Origin: Chryseobacterium sp. FH1
Lineage (GTDB): Bacteria; Bacteroidota; Bacteroidia; Flavobacteriales; Weeksellaceae
Length of the DNA: 64,000 bases
Reading direction: 5' to 3'
Assembly: GCF_000735135.1 (NCBI RefSeq)
Contig: NZ_JPLZ01000002.1
Location: 224,317 to 288,316 of the forward strand
Positions 1-12,409 of the stretch are shown here, in pieces. Under the pieces are notes generated by a model. It ran no database searches and was not told where the DNA came from. It worked only from the letters and a program-made list of their open reading frames with translations. The translations under genes and the position numbers were made by a program. The stretch's first letter is position 1; each line of letters starts with the position of its first letter.

Positions 1-9
1 TTTTAAATT

Positions 10-894
10 TTAGTCATTATAAACAGACGTTTTGTAGGCAATGATGGTATTCTTCATCAACATCGCCCGCGTCATTGGTCCTACTCCACCGGGAACAGGC
101 GTTATCCACTCTGCTTTTTCTGCACAGCTATCAAAATCCACATCGCCAGCAAGATGATAGCCTTTTTCGGAATCGTCTTCTACACGGGTAATTCCAACAT
201 CCACGATCACTGCACCTTTTTTAATCATATCGGCTTTAAGGAAATTTGGATCTCCCAAAGCGGTGATGACGATGTCTGCCTGTTTTGTATATTCTTCTAT
301 ATGCTCTGTGTAAGAATGCGTAAGCGTAACGGTAGAGTTACCTGGGAAATCTTTTCTCCCCATAAGGATGCTCATTGGTTTTCCCACGATTCTACTTCTT
401 CCGATAATCACACAGTCCTTACCTTTCGTTTCAATATTATATCTTTCCAATAAGGTGAGAATCCCGAATGGCGTTGCTGGTAAAAATGTATCCATCTCTA
501 AAGCCATTTTCCCAAAATTCTCTGGATGGAAACCATCAACATCTTTTCTTGGATCAATTGCCATAATGATCTTTTCCTGATCAATTTGCTTTGGCAAAGG
601 TAATTGAACGATAAATCCGTCCACTGCTTTTGACTTATTCAACTCATCAATTTTTTCCAACAATTCCGATTCTGAAACTGTGCTTGGGAATTTGATCAAT
701 GAGGACTGGAATCCAACTTCCTCACAATCTTTCACTTTACTGTTGACATAGGCTTTGCTCGCTCCATTGTTCCCAACTAATATTGCTACCAAATGTGGCG
801 CTCTTCTATGGTTGGCGAGGATTCTTTCAACTTCCTCTTTGATTTCAGCTTTTACCTCTTTTGAGACTTTGAGTCCATCTAGAATTTTTGCCAT
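10..894 (-). CDS. folD: Bifunctional methylenetetrahydrofolate dehydrogenase/cyclohydrolase FolD
   Basis: 294 aa; start MAKILDGLKVSKE, VAILVGNNGASKAYV and PVPGGVGPMT motifs typical of FolD; complete ORF ending at TAA. Confidence 0.88.
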   Translation of the reverse strand: MAKILDGLKVSKEVKAEIKEEVERILANHRRAPHLVAILVGNNGASKAYVNSKVKDCEEVGFQSSLIKFPSTVSESELLEKIDELNKSKAVDGFIVQLPLPKQIDQEKIIMAIDPRKDVDGFHPENFGKMALEMDTFLPATPFGILTLLERYNIETKGKDCVIIGRSRIVGKPMSILMGRKDFPGNSTVTLTHSYTEHIEEYTKQADIVITALGDPNFLKADMIKKGAVIVDVGITRVEDDSEKGYHLAGDVDFDSCAEKAEWITPVPGGVGPMTRAMLMKNTIIAYKTSVYND

Positions 895-929
895 TTTTAC
901 TTTCTTTTTACTTTTTAGATTTATTTACT

Positions 930-1763
930 TTAAGCTTTCCTCATAATAGCGATATCTTGAAAATCGATTCCATTTTTATCTAAAGTGAAGTCACTCCAAA
1001 ATCCCTTTACATAATCCACTACCTCCAATCCACTTTTTTGAATCATCTCCGAGAGGTAATCTTTTTCTATTGCAATATTTGCCTCTTCTACCTTATCATC
1101 TATCAATCTGTATCTATCTTTCAGAACGGGAAATTTGAATCCTGGAAACTGCGTAAGATCTGCATCTTTGTCATAGATAAAAAATGTGGCCAAACAAACA
1201 CCGTCCTTTTCTAAAACTCTATGAATTTCTGATATATAATTCTTAATATCTTCAATTTTCATATGCGTAAAAACCGAGAAGAGATAAACTTTCTGAAACT
1301 TATCATTCTCATACGGAAATTTGAAATCCACCGCTTTTTCAGAATAACTGTTGTAAAGTTCATTGTTAAGCGGAACAAACTTGAAGTTGAAATTCGGAAA
1401 TTTTGAATTGATGTTTTTGTTACACCAATCCACACCTTTTTTCACCACGTCAAATCCTTCATATTTGCCATTGGCATTCAAATATTTCGTAAGCGCAAAA
1501 GCAGTTCTTCCAATCCCCGAGCCAACATCCAAAACCTTATCATCTGGTTTTAAGCTGGCATATTTTTTTAACAATTCTACTTGATGTTTTCCCTGTTTTT
1601 CAAAATCTCCGGAGCCAATGAAAATCTCACCTCTGGAAGGCACACCTTTTCCCCTTTTGCCCGTTATTTTTTCATAAAAATCTATTGGGAAATAATAGAT
1701 TCTACGTGCAATATATCTGTATTCCGGCGGGAGTTTGTAGAAGAAATTACGTTTGTTGCTCAT
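930..1763 (-). CDS. Class I SAM-dependent methyltransferase
   Basis: 277 aa; motif I VLDVGSGIGRTAFAL (GxGxG SAM-binding); no substrate assignable. Confidence 0.7.
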   Translation of the reverse strand: MSNKRNFFYKLPPEYRYIARRIYYFPIDFYEKITGKRGKGVPSRGEIFIGSGDFEKQGKHQVELLKKYASLKPDDKVLDVGSGIGRTAFALTKYLNANGKYEGFDVVKKGVDWCNKNINSKFPNFNFKFVPLNNELYNSYSEKAVDFKFPYENDKFQKVYLFSVFTHMKIEDIKNYISEIHRVLEKDGVCLATFFIYDKDADLTQFPGFKFPVLKDRYRLIDDKVEEANIAIEKDYLSEMIQKSGLEVVDYVKGFWSDFTLDKNGIDFQDIAIMRKA

Positions 1764-1764
1764 A

Positions 1765-3420
<1,656 letters not shown>

Positions 3421-3559
3421 TTAATTAAAAAATAAGCTTACAAGAAATCCTTATAAGACCTGCAAATTTAAGAAAAATTAGCCACTTGATTTTCATTAAT
3501 TTTTGCATATAAAGACTGCGAATTTCTTAAGAAGTAATTAAGATTTTAATGTCGTAAAC

Positions 3560-4039
3560 TTATTTAATATTGAGATTATCGATAAAACTTTTATAATTAG
3601 TCTTAGTTAAAACATATTTATTCCCGCCTCTAAATAATAAATCCAATTCTATTTTACAACGTTTCCATTCATCATCTCCAGATGGAGGTCTAGGAATAAC
3701 TTCATTAGCTTTATTATCCTTATAAATTGGCTCTAACTCTTGAGTAATTTTAGAATATAAAGTGTCCATCTTTTGTTTTGAAATTTTAGTGGTATCAAAA
3801 AGTATTTTATTATTTACATTTTTTTTACAATAAACTAAAAGGCTATCTTTTTCCAAATTTTCAATACCTTTATATTCATAGCTCTCTACGACACCGTATC
3901 TTTCGTCATCAACTTGAATCAGAAATTTAAAATCGTAAAAAGACTTTAGCTTTTCATTTTGTTTGTCAACAACTTGTTTTTTGGAACAATCAATAAAAAT
4001 GAAAATTATCAATAGATACGTAAACTTATTTATCATCGT
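3560..4039 (-). CDS. Hypothetical lipoprotein
   Basis: Likely real start is the internal Met MINKFTYLLIIFIFIDCSKK, a signal peptide plus lipobox Cys; no recognisable domain. Confidence 0.4.
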   Translation of the reverse strand, partial: TMINKFTYLLIIFIFIDCSKKQVVDKQNEKLKSFYDFKFLIQVDDERYGVVESYEYKGIENLEKDSLLVYCKKNVNNKILFDTTKISKQKMDTLYSKITQELEPIYKDNKANEVIPRPPSGDDEWKRCKIELDLLFRGGNKYVLTKTNYKSFIDNLNIK

Positions 4040-4202
4040 GCTAAATGCTTTAATTTGACATGAAACTATAATCGTCTGGTTTTCATTATCTGTAAATTTA
4101 ATAAAATCTAAACATTTCTTTTGCTCAAAATATGACAATTGTCTTGACAAATCACAATTGAAACTTTGAAATTAGAACTAACTTTACCATCAAATAAAGA
4201 TT

Positions 4203-5540
4203 ATGGATGATTTTATGGCTGCTCGTTCGCAGATGGCAGTTTCTCTGGGATTCCACATCATTTTTGCCTGCGTTGGGATGGTGATGCCTTTCCTGATGGC
4301 ATTTTCTCACTACAAATACCTCACGACCAAAGACGAAGTTTACAAAGGACTCACCAAAGCCTGGAGCAAAGGCGTTGCGATTCTTTTTGCAACCGGCGCA
4401 GTTTCCGGGACAATGTTGTCTTTTGAGCTCGGTCTGCTTTGGCCAAAGTTTATGGAACACGCAGGTCCTATATTCGGAATGCCGTTCTCATTGGAAGGAA
4501 CAGCGTTTTTCATTGAGGCGATTGCGATTGGTTTCTTTCTTTATGGCTGGGAAAAATTCAACAAATGGTTTCATTGGTTTTGTGGCGTTGTGGTCGGCGT
4601 GAGCGGATTAGCTTCCGGAATTCTCGTGGTTGCAGCGAATGCCTGGATGAACAGTCCAGCTGGTTTTGATTATATTAATGGCGAATATCTGAACATCGAT
4701 CCAATCAAAGCGATGTTCAACGAGGCTTGGTTTCCGCAGGCTTTTCATATGACGGTGGCCGCATTCGCAGCGACTGGATTTGCGGTTGCAGGAATCCACG
4801 CCTTGATGATTTTAAAAAAGAAAAATATAGTTTTCCACACCAAAGCGTTCAGGATTGCGGCAGGATTTGCAATCATCGGAGCCGTGTTGGCACCGATAAG
4901 TGGTGATGTCGCGGCGAAATCTGTCTCTAAAAGACAACCCATCAAATTGGCAGCGATGGAAGCGCACTTTGAAACCGAAAAAGGTGCAAGCTTCGTCATC
5001 GGCGGTATTCCGGATGAGAAAACAGCAGAAGTAAAATACGCGATAAAAATCCCGAAAGTCTTGAGTTTTCTTGCAGATGGTGATTTTAATTCTGAAGTGA
5101 AAGGTCTGAAAGATTTTCCAAGAGACGAATGGCCTCCGGTTGCGGTGGTACATTATGCTTTTCAGATTATGATATTTTTTGGAATGGTGATGATGGGCAT
5201 TGGAATTTTGTATCTCACTGCCAGTTTTTGGAAGAAACATTGGCTCACGAAACCTTGGTTTTTGAAGATGTTCGTAGTGGCAATTCCATTCGGATATATT
5301 GCTTTGGAAGCAGGTTGGACAGTGACCGAAGTTGGAAGACAACCGTGGATCATCTATGGGATTATGCGAACAATTGATGCTGTGACACCGATGCCGGGAA
5401 TCCAATATTCGTTTTACTTTTTTACGTTGATTTTCATTTCGTTGTCGATGATTATTGTTTTTCTTTTATTAAGACAAATCAAAATGGTTCCGAAGTTATA
5501 TGACCCGACCGATCCGAATTACAAGCCAAAAGAGCATTAG
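4203..5540 (+). CDS. cydA: Cytochrome bd ubiquinol oxidase subunit I
   Basis: 445 aa; N-terminus ARSQMAVSLGFHIIFACVGM and the multi-TM profile are characteristic of CydA. Confidence 0.9.
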   Translation: MDDFMAARSQMAVSLGFHIIFACVGMVMPFLMAFSHYKYLTTKDEVYKGLTKAWSKGVAILFATGAVSGTMLSFELGLLWPKFMEHAGPIFGMPFSLEGTAFFIEAIAIGFFLYGWEKFNKWFHWFCGVVVGVSGLASGILVVAANAWMNSPAGFDYINGEYLNIDPIKAMFNEAWFPQAFHMTVAAFAATGFAVAGIHALMILKKKNIVFHTKAFRIAAGFAIIGAVLAPISGDVAAKSVSKRQPIKLAAMEAHFETEKGASFVIGGIPDEKTAEVKYAIKIPKVLSFLADGDFNSEVKGLKDFPRDEWPPVAVVHYAFQIMIFFGMVMMGIGILYLTASFWKKHWLTKPWFLKMFVVAIPFGYIALEAGWTVTEVGRQPWIIYGIMRTIDAVTPMPGIQYSFYFFTLIFISLSMIIVFLLLRQIKMVPKLYDPTDPNYKPKEH

Positions 5541-5619
5541 ACAAAAGATAATGGACGAATAGATGAGAGACTGTGAGATTACGGTTGAAAAATTAAATTA
5601 ATGATTTAAAAAATTCAAA

Positions 5620-6630
5620 ATGATATACGTTGTAATTGCATTTCTTTGGGTGGCGATCTGCTTGTACCTCATCACTGGAGGTGCGGATTTCGGAGCGGGA
5701 ATCATCGAATTGTTTTCGAGAAAATCTTACCGCGACAAGACCAGAACCATAATGCTGAAATCGATTGCACCGATTTGGGAAGCGAACCATATGTGGCTGA
5801 TCATCGCGGTTGTGATCCTTTTTGTCGGTTTTCCCACAATCTACACTTGTGTTTCCACTTATCTTCATATCCCATTGGTTTTGATGCTGGTAGGAATCAT
5901 TGCGCGGGGAACGGCTTTCACCTTCCGAAACTACGATGCAGTGGACGATAGTTGGCAAAAACTTTATACTCAGATTTTTTATTACTCCAGTTTGTTGACG
6001 CCTTTGTTTTTGGGCATCATTGCGGCGGCCACGATCTCTGGCTCAATTGATACGGAAGCAAAGGATTTCTTGAGCTTGTATGTTTATAGTTGGCTTAATG
6101 TTTTTGGGATTTGCGTGGGACTTTTCACCGTGGCGTTGTGTGCTTATCTGGCATCACTTTTCATTCTGCACGAGGCGAAAGACAACGATGCGTTGCCCAT
6201 TATGATTCGCAAAACCAGACAAACGGCGCTTTATGTTGTCGTTACTGGGATTTTAGTTTTTGTAAGTGCTTATTATTCTGATATTCCTTTGTTGAAATGG
6301 ATTTTCTCAAAAGCATTGGGAATCATTGCTATTACATTGGCAACCATTAGTTTACTCTTCACCAATGAGGCAATCAAAAAAAGTAAATTTCTGATTGTTA
6401 GGATTTTGGGAGGTTTCCAAATTGTGATGATTTTGGTAGCAGCCACTTATCAGCATAATCCCGACGTCATCCTTTTTGCCAATGGTTCGTCTTTGTCTTT
6501 GTTTGATGAAAGTGCGGCGTCAAAAACGATTGAAGCCTTGGCCTGGGCTTTGCTGTTGGGAAGTATTTTTATTTTGCCATTTTTATTTTACCTTCTGTTT
6601 TCATTTGGTGGCAAAAGAAATAAAGTCTGA
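5620..6630 (+). CDS. cydB: Cytochrome bd ubiquinol oxidase subunit II
   Basis: 336 aa; CydB-like N-terminus ITGGADFGAGI; lies immediately downstream of cydA. Confidence 0.85.
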   Translation: MIYVVIAFLWVAICLYLITGGADFGAGIIELFSRKSYRDKTRTIMLKSIAPIWEANHMWLIIAVVILFVGFPTIYTCVSTYLHIPLVLMLVGIIARGTAFTFRNYDAVDDSWQKLYTQIFYYSSLLTPLFLGIIAAATISGSIDTEAKDFLSLYVYSWLNVFGICVGLFTVALCAYLASLFILHEAKDNDALPIMIRKTRQTALYVVVTGILVFVSAYYSDIPLLKWIFSKALGIIAITLATISLLFTNEAIKKSKFLIVRILGGFQIVMILVAATYQHNPDVILFANGSSLSLFDESAASKTIEALAWALLLGSIFILPFLFYLLFSFGGKRNKV

Positions 6631-6816
6631 AAAAATCCGTTTCTGTAACTATATTTTTAACTTGACTAAAACGAATTATCATAGTACATCAATGCTAAAA
6701 TTTGGTGCAAGGTGACCATAGAATTTTCAATCAATACTTTAAAATTCTCGAAGCTGTTAAAACTCAGCAAGGTTTTTGTAACGATGATAATCATTAAAAA
6801 AAATAGAGATTTGCTT

Positions 6817-7239
6817 ATGAAAAAGATTTTTGCAATTGCAGCAATTAATTTGAGTGTATTTGGCTTTTCACAGGCTTGGACAGGCGCTGGCGACCAGAAA
6901 GCACAAGGTGGAATCAATGTCTGGGGATTTGGAACCGGCCCTACCGCAACTTATGACTATGGACTGACCAGTTTGATTTCTGTAGGTGGAGGCGCAAATG
7001 TTTACTTTAATGAAGATGATGACAATCCATTTGTGTTTGCCAGAGTAGGTTTCCACTTGCAGGAGACGTTGGCCTTGCCGGCAGAATTAGACATCTATCC
7101 AGGCGCTAACGTTGGTGTTGCCGGCAGAAACTTTGGTTTGGCCGTTTATATTGGCGCCAGATATTTTTTCACAGAAAATTGGGGAGCCTTTGTAGAAGCG
7201 GGTAACAACGGGAGTTTCGGAGTTTCTTATTCATTCTAA
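6817..7239 (+). CDS. Hypothetical secreted Gly-rich protein, possibly a small outer-membrane beta-barrel
   Basis: Internal start MKKIFAIAAINLSVFGFSQAW gives a signal peptide; Gly/Ala-rich alternating pattern and C-terminal aromatic residue (SYSF); the ORF-track start at 6712 is probably upstream read-through. Confidence 0.45.
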   Translation: MKKIFAIAAINLSVFGFSQAWTGAGDQKAQGGINVWGFGTGPTATYDYGLTSLISVGGGANVYFNEDDDNPFVFARVGFHLQETLALPAELDIYPGANVGVAGRNFGLAVYIGARYFFTENWGAFVEAGNNGSFGVSYSF

Positions 7240-7726
7240 ATCAAAAAATTTAATCATATTAAAGCATCTGATAATTCGGATGCTTTTTTTTGTGTTTGAT
7301 TCTTGCATTCTTGGGGTTTAAAATATTTTTTGAAGGCTTTTGTTTCAAAAAAATATTAGTATTTAAAATGGCCGTTTTATGTATTTTTTGATAAGCAAAC
7401 CTTTGAGTTTTTATGAACCTTTTAAATAACAATGATTTTTATCATTTTTTCAACATTTTATGCAATTTTCATTTCTCACTTGTTTTTTGAGTGATTTTTT
7501 TATCACAATTTTTTATGATAATCCACGATTTTTGAATTAAAACACATAAAATCTGTTAATGCTTCAAAATTTTTCAAGTTGAAAATCAACACTTTATAAA
7601 ATTAATATTGTTTGTGTTAACATATATGTAACAGTATATTGAAAAAGTGTTAATATAGAAAAAACATTTTTTAGTGCTGTGCAATCGATTGCATCGAATT
7701 CAAATTTTAATGAAAAACTCAGAATT

Positions 7727-10633
7727 ATGCCACAAGAAAAATTCACGAAAACAAGTTTACATTTTCGGAAAAAAATTGCAGTTTTCTTTTTATTCTCATC
7801 AACAGTTGCTTTTGCCCAAGAAACTATTCCAAGCGACACCGTAAGCAGTCCCGCAAAAGAGATTGAGCAGGTTGTTATCGTTGGTTACGGTAGTGTTAAG
7901 AAAACAGACGTTACAGGATCTGTAAACACGATTGATTCTAAAACGATTGAGGAAAGAAACACAACAAGCCCATTGGAAGCCATCCAAGGTAGTACACCTG
8001 GAGTAAACATTAATTCTAATACAGGTAGATCAGGAGACGGATTCAGCATGGTGATTCGTGGTAACAATTCTTTGATTGGCAGTAGTCCTTTGTATGTTGT
8101 AGATGGTGTTCCAATGGATAATATTGATTTCCTAAACCCGAGAGATATTGCGAGAATGGATGTTTTAAAAGACGCTTCATCTGCTGCAATATATGGATCA
8201 AGAGGAGGAAGTGGCGTTGTAATCGTGACAACAAAAAGTGGTTCATCAGCTAGAAGAGGACTTTCTGTACAGTTTGATACATCTTATGGTGTTAAAAACG
8301 CAACACGACTGCCAAAGATGATGACTGGAGCTGAATGGTGGAAGTTTCATCAAGTTGCCTATATGAGCGCTTCTCCGGCGACTCAAACGGCAGAAGCATT
8401 GGCCAACTTGTACAGTCTTAGAAGCCCCGTAATGGTTCAAAGGGCAAATGCTGGATATAGTTTTGACTGGTACGATGCAGTCCTGAGACCGGGCGCAATG
8501 CAAAACCATTATCTAAATCTCTCTGGAAGGTCTGACAATGGGCTAGCATATAATTTGGCGTTCGGAGTTCAAAAAGACGAAGGTTTGATTGATAATGATT
8601 CTCAGGAAAAGTACAATTTGAAACTAGGGATCACTCATAAAATCAATGATAAATTTTCAACGGGAGCAAACATTACTGTTGCAAAAATCACTACGGAACT
8701 AGGGAGTGATCTCGCTATGCAAGAAGCTTTCAGGCTTAGTCCATTGATGTCGCCTTGGGCGATAGATGCCAATGGGAACGAACTTGTAGGGACAAGATTT
8801 TTTCTTCCGGGCAAATTAACTTACCCTAATGGAACTTGGGCAATAGATAAAACAAGTACTCCAAACCCACTTAGTGAAATCGCTAATTCTAGTCAAACTG
8901 AGAGAGTCTGGCAAGGTATAGCCAATGTTTTTTTTCAATATCAGGCAAAAAAATGGTTATCCTTTAAAACAACATTCGCCACAGGTTTTACTAATACTCA
9001 GCTTGGCGCTGCTTATGGAGCAGAAACCAATGCTGGAGTAGCTTTATCAGGTCTTAGATCTTCTTCCATCAGAAGAATGGACAACTTTAACTACACTTGG
9101 GACAATCAAATTGACATGAAGCATACCTTCGGAGATGATCACGATTTCAGTTTACTATTGCTACAAAGTCAGTACTATACAGAGAATGTATCATCATACT
9201 CGTATTCAAATGGTCAGCCATTTGACACCGGCATCTATAATTTAGGATCTGGCGTTCAGACCAGCTTTCAAATAAACTCAGGTTATGATAAGAAAACCTT
9301 AAACTCATTTGCAGGAAGATTGAATTATGCCTACAAAGGCAAGTATTTGTTAACTGCTTCTACAAGATATGATGGTTCTTCTGTGCTTTCCGAAGGTAAC
9401 AAATGGACCAACTTCCCATCCGTTGCATTAGGTTGGAGAATTAGCAAAGAATCTTTCTTGGAAAATAATAACATTGTTTCTGATTTGAAACTAAGAGCCA
9501 GTTTGGGATATACAGGAAACGACAATGTAGATCCTTATACCACACAAGCCTATCTTAATCAGCAAACTTTTTATGCAAACGGCGCAAATCTAGTGTCCGG
9601 ATGGCAAACTGAAGCATTGGCGAACAGTAATCTAACCTGGGAGAAGACGCGTGAACTAAATTTCGGTTTAGACTTTGGGTTTTTGAGAAATAGAATCACC
9701 GGTACGGTAGATGTGTATGACAGACTTTCTAAAGATCTGATTTATCAGCAACAATTGCCAGCGGAAACGGGCTGGAGATACACCTTCTCTAACGTGGGAT
9801 CTGTAAGTAACAAAGGGGTTGAAGTTTTATTAACAACTAAAAACATCCAAAGCCAGAAGATATCTTGGGAAACCACATTTACATTCACTAAAAATGTGAA
9901 CGAGCTGGTTTCTATCTATGGTCAAAATCAGGTAAGCGATATTGGAAATAACTTAATTCTTGGAAGCAGTTTGAATCCAAATTATAATTATGTTTACGAT
10001 GGTGTTTGGCAGGAAAGCGAAGCCGCAATAGCCGCAACATTTGGTCAAAATCCAGGAATGGCAAAAATAAAAGATCTAAATGGTGATGGTAAATTTGATG
10101 CAAGCGACAGAACTGTCATTGGTAGCTCTGTACCAAAGTGGCAAGGTAGTTTTTACAATAAATTGACATTTGGAAACTTTGACTTTAACTTCTCAGTAAT
10201 TACTAATCAAGGACAAACAGTTTATAGTACATTTCATGCCAACTTTGCAAACGTCACCGATAGAGGAAGACAAAAAATTGCAATGGACTACTTCATCCCA
10301 ACCAACGGCGCAGGGATAGAGGCTAACCCAAATAATCAAAATCCTAGACCAGGACCGCAAGCAACAGGAGCTGGTGCATTCTGGGCTTCTGGAATGGGAT
10401 ACTACAGAGATGCTTCTTTTGTAAAAGTTAAAAACATATCTTTGGGATACACATTCAGCAATAGTTTATTGAGCGATTTGAAAATCAATTCTTTAAGGAT
10501 TTATGTAAACGTTCTGGATCCATTTGTGTTCACAAAATTTGATGGTTACGATCCAGAATGGGCAGCATCACCCTTCGGTGTCAACAGACCGGCTTCTATT
10601 ACGACTCAATTTGGTTTAAGTGCTAAATTCTAA
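7727..10633 (+). CDS. SusC/RagA-family TonB-linked outer membrane protein
   Basis: About 968 aa from internal Met MPQEKF...AFAQ with a signal peptide; N-terminal carboxypeptidase-regulatory-like and plug regions (VVIVGYGSVKKTDVTGSV), C-terminal barrel ending in F; followed by a SusD gene. Confidence 0.85.
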   Translation: MPQEKFTKTSLHFRKKIAVFFLFSSTVAFAQETIPSDTVSSPAKEIEQVVIVGYGSVKKTDVTGSVNTIDSKTIEERNTTSPLEAIQGSTPGVNINSNTGRSGDGFSMVIRGNNSLIGSSPLYVVDGVPMDNIDFLNPRDIARMDVLKDASSAAIYGSRGGSGVVIVTTKSGSSARRGLSVQFDTSYGVKNATRLPKMMTGAEWWKFHQVAYMSASPATQTAEALANLYSLRSPVMVQRANAGYSFDWYDAVLRPGAMQNHYLNLSGRSDNGLAYNLAFGVQKDEGLIDNDSQEKYNLKLGITHKINDKFSTGANITVAKITTELGSDLAMQEAFRLSPLMSPWAIDANGNELVGTRFFLPGKLTYPNGTWAIDKTSTPNPLSEIANSSQTERVWQGIANVFFQYQAKKWLSFKTTFATGFTNTQLGAAYGAETNAGVALSGLRSSSIRRMDNFNYTWDNQIDMKHTFGDDHDFSLLLLQSQYYTENVSSYSYSNGQPFDTGIYNLGSGVQTSFQINSGYDKKTLNSFAGRLNYAYKGKYLLTASTRYDGSSVLSEGNKWTNFPSVALGWRISKESFLENNNIVSDLKLRASLGYTGNDNVDPYTTQAYLNQQTFYANGANLVSGWQTEALANSNLTWEKTRELNFGLDFGFLRNRITGTVDVYDRLSKDLIYQQQLPAETGWRYTFSNVGSVSNKGVEVLLTTKNIQSQKISWETTFTFTKNVNELVSIYGQNQVSDIGNNLILGSSLNPNYNYVYDGVWQESEAAIAATFGQNPGMAKIKDLNGDGKFDASDRTVIGSSVPKWQGSFYNKLTFGNFDFNFSVITNQGQTVYSTFHANFANVTDRGRQKIAMDYFIPTNGAGIEANPNNQNPRPGPQATGAGAFWASGMGYYRDASFVKVKNISLGYTFSNSLLSDLKINSLRIYVNVLDPFVFTKFDGYDPEWAASPFGVNRPASITTQFGLSAKF

Positions 10634-10646
10634 AATATTAAATCTC

Positions 10647-12317
10647 ATGAAAAAATCAATATTCATATTAGGTATCATTGCCACTTTATTCACTTCTTGC
10701 AATGATTTTATAGAGGAAGATAACCTATCTTTCGTTTCCGCAGATGACACTTACAAAACAGCGGCAGGTTTCCAATTGCTCGTCAACACAAACTACGCAT
10801 GGCAAAAAGGAATCTACGGCGGCGATCCTTGGTTGTTTGTTTCAGGAACAGATATGTATGCAGAAGGAAGAGCTCCAGAACCGGCAGGACTCAGCCAATA
10901 TACCCAGCTGATACCAGCGGCAGAAGGCGTAGAACAACTATACACCACTTGCTATCAACTGATACAGTCGGTCAACAAAACGATCTATTATTCTACGGTT
11001 ACACAGCAGACTGCAAATCTTCCAGTTTTGGTTGGAGAAGCTAGATTTTTGAGAGCGAATGCTTATTTCTTGTTGGTTCAGACTTACGGAGGCGTTCCTC
11101 TTGTGACAGAAAACTTCACTTCGCCTGTGCTTCAATTTGACAGAAACACTGCAGAGCAAGTTTATGATTTCATCATCGCAGAGTTGGAAGCATCTCTTGC
11201 AACTGTTGGAACATCTGCCTATAGCAGCACAGGAAAAGTAAACAAAAGAGCGGTAAATGACCTTTTGGCGAAAGTATATCTAACTAGAGGGTATGAAACT
11301 TTTGGAAAACCAACAGACTTTGCAACAGCGGCAACCTATGCAGATGCCGCAATTGCAGGACAAGCACTATCTGTTCCATACGACCAAATATTTATGCCCT
11401 CAAATAAAGATCTAACAGCCGAAACCATTTTTTCTGTTCAATATGATCTGGCATCAACCTCTACGTCTCCTACTACACTTGGGAATAAACAATTCTATTT
11501 TTTTAGTTCCTACTTAGGAGGCGCTGCAGAAACAGGTGCGCCACTTAGAAGCTACAATCTTTGTCCTACAGATTATGCCCTGGGTCTTTTTGAAAAAGGC
11601 GACTTAAGATGGAATGCAACTTTTATGACCGAGATATTAGAATTAAAACAAGGTGATAAAACAATCCTGTATTACCCTTACTATCGAAACGCCGGAGATG
11701 CGAATTTGAAGGTTCGTCATTTCTATGCGCCGAAATGGTTCACTGCGGCAGACAAAGCAGCTTGGATGACAGCTAATGCCTCCAGATTATCTTCGTTATT
11801 TGTCTATCATGACTGGGGAACATACTCTGCCGCTTATACTTTAATAGTAAACATTGATGCCCAAACAATTCCTGTGAAAAAATTTGATGATCCATCAACA
11901 ACTACTCCGGCAACTACAGGTCCTGTAAGCACAAGAGACATCATCACTGCAAGATTGGGAGAAACTTATTTGGTTGCAGCAGAAGCTTATCTTAAAGCTG
12001 GAAATCCTTCTGTAGGTTTACAAAGACTGAATGCCGTGAGAACAAGAGCCGGCGTAACGCCTGCAACAGTTGGTGAATTCAACATCGACTATATCTTGGA
12101 CGAGAGAGGTAGAGAGATGCTGGGCGAATACACAAGATGGTTTGACCTGAAAAGAACTGGAAAATTGGTTGAGCGCGCAGTTCTTCACAATTACAAAATT
12201 CCAAGTGCTGCAAACTTCAATGGAAATGGTGGAAATTTAAAGATCCTTAGACCTATCCCACAAATTGTGATAGACCTTAATCAAAACAAAAACTTCCCGC
12301 AGAATCCTGCTTATTAA
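10647..12317 (+). CDS. SusD/RagB-family nutrient-binding outer membrane lipoprotein
   Basis: Start MKKSIFILGIIATLFTSCNDF (lipoprotein signal); TPR-like helical SusD features; overlaps the SusC stop by a few nt. Confidence 0.8.
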   Translation: MKKSIFILGIIATLFTSCNDFIEEDNLSFVSADDTYKTAAGFQLLVNTNYAWQKGIYGGDPWLFVSGTDMYAEGRAPEPAGLSQYTQLIPAAEGVEQLYTTCYQLIQSVNKTIYYSTVTQQTANLPVLVGEARFLRANAYFLLVQTYGGVPLVTENFTSPVLQFDRNTAEQVYDFIIAELEASLATVGTSAYSSTGKVNKRAVNDLLAKVYLTRGYETFGKPTDFATAATYADAAIAGQALSVPYDQIFMPSNKDLTAETIFSVQYDLASTSTSPTTLGNKQFYFFSSYLGGAAETGAPLRSYNLCPTDYALGLFEKGDLRWNATFMTEILELKQGDKTILYYPYYRNAGDANLKVRHFYAPKWFTAADKAAWMTANASRLSSLFVYHDWGTYSAAYTLIVNIDAQTIPVKKFDDPSTTTPATTGPVSTRDIITARLGETYLVAAEAYLKAGNPSVGLQRLNAVRTRAGVTPATVGEFNIDYILDERGREMLGEYTRWFDLKRTGKLVERAVLHNYKIPSAANFNGNGGNLKILRPIPQIVIDLNQNKNFPQNPAY

Positions 12318-12355
12318 TTTGATTTCATAATCATACCCTATTTTATATTAACAAC

Positions 12356-12389
12356 AAAAGCATTCCAAATTTGGAATGCTTTTGTTTGT
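12356..12389. terminator. Perfect palindromic hairpin (bidirectional terminator), copy 1
   Basis: AAAAGCATTCCAAATTTGGAATGCTTTTGTTTGT between the convergent SusD and serine-hydrolase genes; read directly. Confidence 0.6.
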
Positions 12390-12409
12390 TTTATATAATT
12401 GGGGAAATT

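Noticed and set aside
154-580. Plus-strand ORFs of 99 and 70 aa inside and antisense to folD
   Set aside because: They overlap a confidently assigned gene on the opposite strand, have low-complexity composition and no start context. These are typical antisense artefacts.
4152-4460. 102-aa minus-strand ORF overlapping the cydA start
   Set aside because: It is antisense to a well-supported CydA N-terminus, with Cys/His-rich nonsense composition.
7679-7726. The upstream 16 codons of the ORF-track SusC call (MQSIASNSNFNEKLRI)
   Set aside because: The signal peptide begins at the internal Met (MPQEKF...AFAQ). The upstream codons overlap a palindrome and promoter-like AT-rich sequence.
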